Part shown: positions 55,965 through 63,831 of the stretch, piece by piece | How the letters are laid out: every line of letters starts with the position of its first letter | Position numbering within the stretch: position 1 is the stretch's first letter | Assembly (NCBI GenBank): GCA_021785805.1 | Contig: JAJYEJ010000001.1 | Coordinates: 1,940-65,939 of the forward strand | Direction: 5' to 3' | From: Candidatus Micrarchaeota archaeon | Lineage (GTDB): Archaea; Micrarchaeota; Micrarchaeia; Micrarchaeales; Micrarchaeaceae | Length of the DNA stretch: 64,000 nucleotides | Translations under genes and position numbers: made by a program | Notes under the pieces: model-generated | Databases searched by the model: none | The model's input: only the letters and a program-made list of their open reading frames with translations | What the model was told of the DNA's origin: nothing

Positions 55965-56882
55965 GTGGGCGTAGCGTGGGAACTATCTGACGAAGAACTC
56001 GTTAAATGGCTTAAACTAACCGTTGTCAAAAGTGGCCTTGGCCCGGTTAGAATTCAGAAGCTTTTTACAACCTTTAAAAATCTAAGCGGCATTTACAACG
56101 CAACAAGAGCAGAGTTACTTGATAGCAGGATAGTTAACGAAAAGATAGTTGACAGTTTCGAAAAGCTAAAATCTGCGAATGATAGTAATTTTTACCAGCT
56201 AATCGAAACGTGCCGTGAAAATAACTTTAAGGTTTTTACCTATATAAATAAAGATTATCCGGAAAAGCTCAAAAATATCCCATCGCCGCCGCTGACCTTA
56301 TATCTTTCAGGCGACGAAAAAATAATCAGCAGTTTCCCATCAATTGGGATAGTAGGGACGCGTGAACCATCCAAACAGGCAAGAGATTTGGCCTACAGCT
56401 ATAGCAAATCGCTCAGTGATCGTAATATAACCGTAATTAGTGGAGGAGCAATAGGGATTGATACTGCTGCGCATTTTGGTGTTTTAGACTCTAAATATAA
56501 GAAAACAATATGTATTCTAGCATCTGGATTTTTACAGCCTTATCCGCCAGAAAACAAAGAACTTTTTAAAAATATAGTTGAAGCGGGGGGATTACTTATA
56601 AGTGAGAATTCACCAAATTTCCCTGGCACTAAAATATCATTAGTTCAAAGGAACAGAATAACTTCTGGTTTGGCTGACGCTATCTTCATAGTTGCTGCAA
56701 AGGGGACTGGAGGTGGGCTAGAGCAAGTCAAAATAGCAAGTAAACAGCGCAAACCAATCTTCTGCACAAAACTTAATCCTGACATAATACCGAATGAAGG
56801 AATAAAGATAGCCATAGAGCAATACAAAGCCATAGAAGTAGAAAATGTTGATCAGCTGGTAAACTACATACACTCTGACTGA
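55965..56882 (+). CDS. dprA: DNA processing protein DprA/Smf
   Basis: YPEKLKNIPSPPLTLYLSG, IGIVGTREPS, VISGGAIGIDTAAH, YPPENKELF, LLISE and LVQRNRITSGLADAIFIV follow the DprA Rossmann-domain consensus. GTG start with GGTG upstream. Confidence 0.85.
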   Translation: MGVAWELSDEELVKWLKLTVVKSGLGPVRIQKLFTTFKNLSGIYNATRAELLDSRIVNEKIVDSFEKLKSANDSNFYQLIETCRENNFKVFTYINKDYPEKLKNIPSPPLTLYLSGDEKIISSFPSIGIVGTREPSKQARDLAYSYSKSLSDRNITVISGGAIGIDTAAHFGVLDSKYKKTICILASGFLQPYPPENKELFKNIVEAGGLLISENSPNFPGTKISLVQRNRITSGLADAIFIVAAKGTGGGLEQVKIASKQRKPIFCTKLNPDIIPNEGIKIAIEQYKAIEVENVDQLVNYIHSD

Positions 56883-57118
56883 TGACTGCACAAAACCTCC
56901 GACGGAAGCCAAAAATGTCATATTTTTGTCGTCGAGGTTGTGCACACAAGGTAAACCACTGCGCAGCTGGCTGCACTGCACTTACTGCACTCAAACCTTG
57001 TTAGAAAAGCCGGTCTGACTGCAGTAAAACTCCGTCGAAGCCAAAAAATACCCGATTTTTGTCGACGGAGCACTGACAACAAGGGAAACGAATGCAGTTT
57101 CCGTGTGCAGTCAGTCAG
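56874..57118. repeat. duplicated ~75-nt hairpin modules, ACTGCA iterons and flanking inverted repeats (non-coding core of the element)
   Basis: Module A (56874-56951) and module B (57014-57085) align over their full length. Each contains a long hairpin (56894-56939; 57030-57070). ctgactgatgactgcaca (56875-56892) is inverted as tgtgcagtcagtcag (57104-57118). Confidence 0.7.
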
Positions 57119-57316
57119 TTCCTCGCCTGCTCCGCAGGCTCGTCCCGTCGCTTTTGCCCCGCCTGAAAGCGACCCAAGCTTCTTGATGAAACTTCTTTCC
57201 AAGAAATTTCCATGGGTGCCCTTAAACTGCTAGTTGGCTAGCTTAAACGAGCGTTGGCGAGAACGGAACCGCCCCTCACGTTGGTGAGGGCTGCGGTGGA
57301 GTAAAGGGCAGAGATT

Positions 57317-59071
57317 TTATGTTAAAATAGAGAGAAAAGCAGCAATTACGGTTCTTTTTCTTTCTGTTATGAATGTTGTAAAATCATCATTCAAAAGAGC
57401 ATCGAAGGCAGAAGACGATATAAGATGAGTCTCTAACCTATCACGCATTTGTCTTTCTGTGAGCCCAAATTCACGCATAATCTCATTAATGTATTGTGAT
57501 GGTTTCTTTGCTCGGATGTAATTTCTGTTTGTGTCAGCATCCAGCAGTGTCATATTAAGGATTGAATTGATTTGGTCATCAGATGCTCCGAACTCTCGCG
57601 CTCTGGACTCTGGGAAAATATGATGTGCATCTATTGTGTTAAATGTCGTTATTGTATTCTGCACAAAATCTCGACCGCCTTTTAAGGCTATTAGACATAG
57701 GATGCCTTTGTAGAGTGCATCGGATCCAGTAACTAATTGTTCTAAAGTAATCACGTTGGGATTCGCTAGATTCGCTTTAGCCTCTATAACAACTTGTGGG
57801 AGACTGCTGTTATCGGTAAACCATCTATTAACTGCGTTATAATCGATATATGTTTGTGTATCTGTTGAGCCTGCGTATGCATGTGTTATTATTGCCGACC
57901 AGTACCATTTTATAATCTTTTTGTTCATTTCAGCTCTTGCTCTTCCTTTTGCTTTGGAGAAAAGAGCCGCTAGTATCGGTAATGATTGCCTAAACGGAAC
58001 AAGATTTCTAGTTAGAACACCAAACCCGTCATTAACGCTACGGGTTTCTTTCAACATTTTGAGCATAGACTCAGTGTCTCCTACTGCTGCAGTCCAGTCA
58101 GTTTCAAATTTTCTTGAAGATAAATCAAGAAGTTCATCACTTTTAACGGGCTTGCCTCTTTTAAGAGCTAAAGTTTGAACAATGTACAATGGAAACCTAT
58201 CATTTCCTTCGCTAAATTCCTTTATCAGAGCATTGTTCCTAGCAGAAGTCTTCCATAATTCGCGAGGTTTTATATTATGTTTTATCATACGAGCGTTTAA
58301 CAAATCAAACGTCGTCAGATCAAGTCCCATAGTATTGAGTTTCTCAAATATTTTTGCAACATTACCTATGCTGATTTCGGAAGGTAGTTTTATTATGGGA
58401 ATTTCGAAATCTTTGAGCAGAAACTCAAGATGTTTCGAAACAGAATCAGAAAGCTTGTTTGCGTTTTCAGGAGTAGAATGTTCTACCGTCTTTAAAAATG
58501 CTTCGAAATCATAACACCATCGACTTACTGTTTCCAGTTCTTTGAGTGGGAATGTTCGTGTAGCAAATTGATTTTGTTTGTCATTAAGATTTTTTCTTGT
58601 TATCTCATCATCAGTATAAGAAACAACTAATTTTTCATCCTCTACCTTTGCTTTTCCATCGAGTTTTAACATTTCTTTAATGTCGATAAAGAACCTTATC
58701 GGTTTTTTCATGCCCCATAACGGTATGTTCGGAGCTTTTATAACATAATAAAGTGCCGATACTCTTTGCTGTCCATCTAAAATCAAATATCTTGGGTTTG
58801 TTGGCAATCGCGTTCCATATATTGGTCCGAAGGCCATATCAGTAGTTCTATCAATAGACCAGAATAACAAAGAACCAATATAGTAGCCTCGTAGCATTGA
58901 GACTAGAAGGTCAGTAACATTAGATCTTCGCCACTCAAATTCTCTTTGAAATTCAGGAATGCCCAAATCATCGTTTTCTATATAAGCCAGAATGTCTTTG
59001 ACTCTTTTTTTCTCGGGTTCTTCCAATCTCATTAATGTACTTGGTGTTATTCCTGGCATATAGACCGCCAC
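57317..59071 (-). CDS. DUF262/DUF1524 protein (GmrSD-like type IV restriction endonuclease family)
   Basis: The N-terminus has IPEFQREFEWR...ILDGQQRVSALYY (DUF262, ParB-like). The C-terminus has DAHHIFPES...LLDADTNR (DUF1524, His-Me finger). An alternative ATG start is 59059. Confidence 0.8.
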   Translation of the reverse strand: MAVYMPGITPSTLMRLEEPEKKRVKDILAYIENDDLGIPEFQREFEWRRSNVTDLLVSMLRGYYIGSLLFWSIDRTTDMAFGPIYGTRLPTNPRYLILDGQQRVSALYYVIKAPNIPLWGMKKPIRFFIDIKEMLKLDGKAKVEDEKLVVSYTDDEITRKNLNDKQNQFATRTFPLKELETVSRWCYDFEAFLKTVEHSTPENANKLSDSVSKHLEFLLKDFEIPIIKLPSEISIGNVAKIFEKLNTMGLDLTTFDLLNARMIKHNIKPRELWKTSARNNALIKEFSEGNDRFPLYIVQTLALKRGKPVKSDELLDLSSRKFETDWTAAVGDTESMLKMLKETRSVNDGFGVLTRNLVPFRQSLPILAALFSKAKGRARAEMNKKIIKWYWSAIITHAYAGSTDTQTYIDYNAVNRWFTDNSSLPQVVIEAKANLANPNVITLEQLVTGSDALYKGILCLIALKGGRDFVQNTITTFNTIDAHHIFPESRAREFGASDDQINSILNMTLLDADTNRNYIRAKKPSQYINEIMREFGLTERQMRDRLETHLISSSAFDALLNDDFTTFITERKRTVIAAFLSILT

Positions 59072-59095
59072 ATTTGGATAAAAATTGTGTTTTGG

Positions 59096-59909
59096 CTATT
59101 TATATGTTTCTCTAAAGTTGTTATTTGTGAATACAAATTCGATTGACCGATATAAATCCTCTTTGTCTTTAGCGATATATCGCATCGTAGTTTCCGGTTT
59201 GCAATGTCTCGCGAATCTACTCGTCAGAACTACATTACCATTCGTCGATTTAGCAAATTTAGTAACCGCATAGTGGCGCAGACTATGTGTCGTTAATCTA
59301 TGTAAAGCACGTTCTTTCTTATTCGGATAACTTTCTTCTGAATAGCCGTATATTGCATTGAGTCCAGCCTTCTGTACCGTTTCTCTGAATACCTTTCTAA
59401 CATAGTTCTGTTCTATGTACTGCTGTCTGTTGTGGTTATTGTCGTTCTCTTTGAAGAAGATATGTCCATCCGCTGCCTTTATCCCATCAGTATTCTTGTT
59501 GATAAACTCTATCGTATCTCTAAAGAGATCCACAGGTATCAACAAAGAATCCAATTTTCTTGACTTTTCGCTCATTATCGTCAGTTCCCTCTTCTCGAAG
59601 TCGATGTTGCTTACGTGCAACTTTGTGGCTTCTCCGATTCTGAGGCCCAGAAACGCCTGGAACTTGAAAAGAAGCCTGAACTTGTCGTTCTTCACGTTTC
59701 TGAGGAAATGCTGCAGCTCCATTTCCGTAAAACCCTTGTTTATGGTTCCATACTTTGTCTCTCTCGGCCTCCTGAACCTTCTTTCATAATTTTCTCTCAA
59801 GGTCTTTCTCAGCTGCTCAATCTGCCCTTTCGAGAACTGCCTGCTTGATGCGTCTACTTGCTCTAAAACCCTTCCGAAATCGAACCCGACATTCCCTCTC
59901 TTAAGCTTT
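59096..59909 (-). CDS. Int(C): catalytic portion of the SSV-type tyrosine integrase
   Basis: Catalytic residues lie in LRIGEA (R), HSLRH (HxxR), ARH and MRY (Tyr). The frame is open upstream of the track start (TTG 59800), through attR, to a stop at 59984-59986. Confidence 0.8.
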
Positions 59910-59944
59910 AGGCGGGCCCGGCGGGATTTGAACCCGCGACCTAC
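59910..59944. repeat. attR: att copy forming the 3' part of tRNA-Arg
   Basis: Identical to 54920-54954. Confidence 0.9.
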
Positions 59945-60025
59945 AGCTTTCTCCTTCTTTTGATTAAACCTTTTTCAAAAGTTCATTAGAAGGCTGCCGC
60001 TCTATCCAAGCTGAGCTACGAGCCC
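59911..60025 (-). tRNA. tRNA-Arg (anticodon UCU) with a 38-nt intron at the canonical 37/38 position
   Basis: Hand-folded: acceptor GGGCTCG/CGGGCCC, D arm GCTC..GAGC, anticodon stem GCAGC/GCTGT with loop CTTCTAA, T arm GCGGG-TTCAAAT-CCCGC. The intron segment AGAAGG pairs with CCTTCT around the anticodon, as expected for a bulge-helix-bulge substrate. Confidence 0.85.
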
Positions 60026-60051
60026 ATATGCATGACAGTATATTCATTGGC

Positions 60052-60063
60052 AATATATTTATT
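60052..60063 (-). promoter_or_regulatory. TATA box for tRNA-Arg
   Basis: Minus-strand aataaatatatt is centred about 33 nt upstream of the tRNA 5' end. Confidence 0.35.
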
Positions 60064-60340
60064 ATGCGGTGTCTGCCACTCTGGGCTTCGCACAAACATA
60101 TTTATTGATAGCCGATTCTAATACCTTCAACTGTACAGTGATAGAGTGGCAAATTATTCTTTTTAGGTCTTCATACAGAGGGCCAAACCAGAGGCCATAG
60201 ACTGGCAGAACTTCATAAATTCCGTGTTCCAGTTCGACATGGACTTTTCGCTTGAGATAGAGTTCGGTTCCGAGGTGAGCTTCCATCTCAACTCGAGAAA
60301 GGACCTTTCGCCACTTGCAACGAAGATCCTTCCTTTCGTG

Positions 60341-60670
60341 TTAAGGGCTGAGGATAGGAGCCCATGAATTGCTCACTGCGGAGAATATCGCTATGTGCCC
60401 CTTCTTCGTACTCTGATAGTAAGCGACAGTCGCAAGGACTACCAAGAAGCCGGTTATCAGGCCGAGTATCCAGTCGTATGCCGATATTGGCGCTGGCTTG
60501 TACAGAAACGCGAAGAACACCACTGCTATCATCACAAGTGCGAGTATCCTTGTGAGCATGACGGTCTCAAGGCTGCCTATCTTCCTCGATGTAAGCGGAC
60601 CCCAGTATGATGTCAAGCCCCAGGCTAGCATGGATATTATGCCGTATATCAGGGCAGATGCGAAAGGCAT
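60341..60670 (-). CDS. single EamA-domain (DMT superfamily) membrane protein, possibly truncated
   Basis: 109 aa with four hydrophobic helices of EamA type. Full-length DMT transporters carry two such domains. Confidence 0.45.
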   Translation of the reverse strand: MPFASALIYGIISMLAWGLTSYWGPLTSRKIGSLETVMLTRILALVMIAVVFFAFLYKPAPISAYDWILGLITGFLVVLATVAYYQSTKKGHIAIFSAVSNSWAPILSP

Positions 60671-60708
60671 GAGCCTATTTATAGGCGAATATTATTAAGT
60701 TGGTGTCC

Positions 60709-61542
60709 TCATGTCCTGATGAAGCCTATCCCTGCGCCGGATTGGGGTTTGCGGACGTTAATCTTAAAGAAGCGCTTCGTGTTCATAGTAAGGACCTCCG
60801 CTGCCCGCTCCACGCTTATCATCTTTGCTTCGGCTATCATGTGGACCGATAGCTCCACGCTCTTCGGCGTAGGCCCTACCGCAGGGCTGTCGCTCTCCAC
60901 CATAAGGTTGTCTATTGATACCTCCTTCATGATGCGGGACCGCTTGCTGGAGGTTATCGGAGGTATCGATATCATGTAGCCGAGCCTCTCGGCCTCCTTT
61001 GCCTGCTGCACATTGCCCTCGAAGAAGTGGAGGTGGACCTTCTGTGCGTCTTTTGCCTTTAGCGTTTCCATTACGTCGTCAAGCGAATCTCTCGAATGGA
61101 CGCTGACCGGCAGCTTCAGCTCTGTCGCAAGATCGATGAACCTTTCGAATACAGTCCTCTGCTTTGCCACCAGATTGAAGTCTTTCGCATGGAGATAGTC
61201 CAGGCCTATCTCCCCTATGGATACCACCCTCGACCTGTTGTCCCTTATGAGCTTGATGTTATTCTCTATCTCGCTGTCGAGGTCATCATCAGGGGTCTGC
61301 ACCGCATTCTGCGGATCCATGCCGAGCGCAGGGAATATGTGCTTTCCGTCGCTTATCTCCAGCGTGCGCTTGTTGGTAGGAAAGCTCACCCCATTCGACA
61401 CCATGGTCATTATGCCGTGCGCTATCGCATCCTGTATTAGAGACTGGTCCTTTATCGCATCGAGATGGCAGTGTGCGTCAGCCATCTCATATAGCTGCTT
61501 GACATCCTTGACCGCTTTCCCCTCTACGATTTTTGTTGGCAT
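60709..61542 (-). CDS. TatD-family metal-dependent hydrolase
   Basis: ADAHCHLD, IGEIGLDY, VSVHSRDS and HLHFFEG motifs. An alternative start is ATG 61485. Confidence 0.85.
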   Translation of the reverse strand: MPTKIVEGKAVKDVKQLYEMADAHCHLDAIKDQSLIQDAIAHGIMTMVSNGVSFPTNKRTLEISDGKHIFPALGMDPQNAVQTPDDDLDSEIENNIKLIRDNRSRVVSIGEIGLDYLHAKDFNLVAKQRTVFERFIDLATELKLPVSVHSRDSLDDVMETLKAKDAQKVHLHFFEGNVQQAKEAERLGYMISIPPITSSKRSRIMKEVSIDNLMVESDSPAVGPTPKSVELSVHMIAEAKMISVERAAEVLTMNTKRFFKINVRKPQSGAGIGFIRT

Positions 61543-61641
61543 GCTATCATTCGTGGAAAACCTGGTTTATATACCTTTCCGAGCCATACCATATTACAAG
61601 ATGCAGATTACTAGGTCTGCTTGTTCTGATATGGTGATGGG

Positions 61642-62661
61642 ATGCCAAAGAAGAGTTCAGATACGTATGGGTCAATGTTGAAGATGAACATGCTTTCTAT
61701 GCTGCTCAATATAATATTGGCCATAGCGGTGGTGGTTCTCGTGCTCGAGATACCGCATATAGGGACAACAGCAGGGAGCGGCTTGGTCAGCAGTCCAAGC
61801 CATAATTCGTCTGTGAACAACACCGGAACAAGCCAGTATTCCGGCACAACGGCGAACATAGACCAGCCATTGAACGCCACGGAACTCGCCGTGATAAACA
61901 ATGCACCGCTGAATTATTATGAGACTGCCGGCGAAATGCTGCTTAATGGAACCCTGACAAACCAGGTGGTCCTCGAACCGCCAAGCAAGGTCTCCCACTT
62001 CTCCCCATATCTGTTTGATGGAAAACCGTCGGTGATCTACGTTGGCGCGCTCTCGTGCATATTCTGCGGAGAGAACAGGTGGGCCATGGCGCTGGCGCTA
62101 GGCAAGTTCGGAACGTTCAACAACCTTTACAAAGGGTATAGCAGCTTTGGCGATGGTGATATACCTACGCTATACTTTAGCGCCTACAACTATACCACAC
62201 CAAGCGGTGCAGCATTCGGGAATAGCTACAACAGCAGCCTGATAAACCTGTTCACTGCGGACTATGAGTCCCCCGTTACGGCTGGTTTTGAGTTCCCGAG
62301 CACCGGCATACCATACTTCGTACAACATGCGCCTAACGCGACATACCGCTCAGCCATGGAGTTTATGAATAGCACGAATGAATTCAGCGGTACGCCTTTC
62401 TCGTACTGGGGCAATTCCATAGTGAATGGAGCTGATGCGGTAATCTTCGGAAATACGTCGCAAGGCGCAACGCTCCCGATAGCAGGCATGACTCATGCAC
62501 AGATATTGCAGCAGTTCAGGAGCTTCAATGACCAGTTCGCCTGGTCCGAATATGCCGCGGCCGATGTATACATAGCGTATACCTGCCCTTCTGTGAACAA
62601 CACCGCACAGGTGTGCTCTCTTCCGGCAATACAGACGCTTGAGAGCAGGCTCGGGGTGTAG
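61642..62661 (+). CDS. DUF929-like extracytoplasmic thioredoxin-fold protein, membrane-anchored and sequon-rich
   Basis: N-terminal TM anchor, then VIYVGALSCIFCGENRWAM (CxxC followed by ERW-like), as in DUF929 proteins of acidophilic archaea. Many N-x-S/T sites. Confidence 0.55.
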   Translation: MPKKSSDTYGSMLKMNMLSMLLNIILAIAVVVLVLEIPHIGTTAGSGLVSSPSHNSSVNNTGTSQYSGTTANIDQPLNATELAVINNAPLNYYETAGEMLLNGTLTNQVVLEPPSKVSHFSPYLFDGKPSVIYVGALSCIFCGENRWAMALALGKFGTFNNLYKGYSSFGDGDIPTLYFSAYNYTTPSGAAFGNSYNSSLINLFTADYESPVTAGFEFPSTGIPYFVQHAPNATYRSAMEFMNSTNEFSGTPFSYWGNSIVNGADAVIFGNTSQGATLPIAGMTHAQILQQFRSFNDQFAWSEYAAADVYIAYTCPSVNNTAQVCSLPAIQTLESRLGV

Positions 62662-62767
62662 TCGTTTCCGTCCGCGCGGCAGAGAGGCTGTGGCCATACG
62701 CTAACATGATTAGCCAAGAAACTTTCCAGGCAGCTGGTAGATCAACGAACCAATAACACGTGATGAC

Positions 62768-63583
62768 ATGGTTGAGGAAAAGCGAGAGGAGAAAGGGCCT
62801 GGTCCTGAGCTGCCAAAAGGAGCGCACCCGTCTTTTCTAAACACTATCAAGCAGAAGGAGCGCATCAGGGAAAAACTCTCTAAGATAAGACACAAGATAG
62901 GGGTCTACAGCGCTAAGGGAGGTGTTGGAAAGACCACCACCGCTGTCAATATCGCATTCACCCTTAGCAGGAAGGGCTTCAGAGTAGGGCTTCTCGATGC
63001 GGACATCGACTGCCCGAACGTCACGATGTTCCTCGGGATGGAAGACGCGAAGATGGAGCCAGTCATGCCGCTGCAACCGCTCACCAAGGAAGGCGTGAAG
63101 GTAGCATCCACGGCCATGCTAGTGGATGAGATAAAGAGACCTATAATCTGGAGAGGGCCGCTAGTGGCGAAGATGATAGGGGATTTCCTTGAGAACACGG
63201 AATGGGGAGAGCTCGATTATCTCATCGTGGACCTGCCGCCCGGGACCAGCGACTCTCCATTGTCGATAATGCAGCTCCTGAAGCTCGATGGGTTCGTCAT
63301 CGTGACGACTCCGCAACGCATAGCGTGCATCAACTCCATAAGGTCTGGCATGATGGCGAAGAGGCTCGGGGTATCGATCCTTGGCATAGTGGAAAACATG
63401 TCGGACAGGAAGGCAAGCAGAAACACCGAGGAAGTGGCAAAGAGCTTGGAAACGGAGCTCATCGGGGTGGTGCCCATGCAGCAGCGTCTTGCGACCCTCG
63501 CCGATGAGGGTAAGGTACCGGTCCTTTCCGAAGATGAGTTTTACGCAGTATACGGAAAAATCGTAGACAGGCTGCCGCGCTGA
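62768..63583 (+). CDS. Mrp/NBP35-family ATP-binding Fe-S cluster carrier
   Basis: Deviant Walker A SAKGGVGKTT, then DADIDCPN and DLPPGTSD. Confidence 0.88.
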   Translation: MVEEKREEKGPGPELPKGAHPSFLNTIKQKERIREKLSKIRHKIGVYSAKGGVGKTTTAVNIAFTLSRKGFRVGLLDADIDCPNVTMFLGMEDAKMEPVMPLQPLTKEGVKVASTAMLVDEIKRPIIWRGPLVAKMIGDFLENTEWGELDYLIVDLPPGTSDSPLSIMQLLKLDGFVIVTTPQRIACINSIRSGMMAKRLGVSILGIVENMSDRKASRNTEEVAKSLETELIGVVPMQQRLATLADEGKVPVLSEDEFYAVYGKIVDRLPR

Positions 63584-63627
63584 TGCGAGCCTTACGAGAG
63601 GAACCCTCTCTGGAGCCCGAGGTAAGG

Positions 63628-63635
63628 TATAAATA
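63628..63635 (+). promoter_or_regulatory. candidate rRNA operon TATA box
   Basis: tataaata lies about 200 nt upstream of the 16S 5' end, leaving room for a processing leader. Confidence 0.3.
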
Positions 63636-63831
63636 CATTTGCTATTAAAACTTCATTACCTATTCTTATGTTTCCATGGCGTAAAACGCCTTGGGCGAAC
63701 AATGAAGGAGGAGGTTCATTGCTGCTTGGCAATGGATACATGAAAATTCCTGTTTGGGATTGGATGTAGTCTTGAGAAGTGTTATAAGGAACCGCAACGA
63801 TTGTCTTTAATAAGCGGCAATCCAGCCATCG

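Larger units (their letters stand above)
54920..59944. mobile_element. integrated ~5 kb element in tRNA-Arg(UCU), SSV-type (integrase gene partitioned by att)
   Basis: A perfect 35-bp direct repeat bounds the element. The right copy is the 3' part of an intact tRNA-Arg. The integrase frame reads through both att copies. The interior is visibly AT-richer than the flanks. Confidence 0.85.

Noticed and set aside
56918-57202. A 94-aa minus-strand ORF inside the element's repeat region.
   Set aside because: It is composed largely of the translated hairpin and iteron repeats (Cys/Ser/Ala/Arg-rich) and has no motif. The DNA-level repeats explain the open frame better.
62759-62815. A GTGATGA ... CTGA pair resembling C and D boxes.
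   Set aside because: There are no D'/C' boxes at the right spacing. The C-like box overlaps the start codon of the Mrp/NBP35 gene, and the rest lies inside that CDS.
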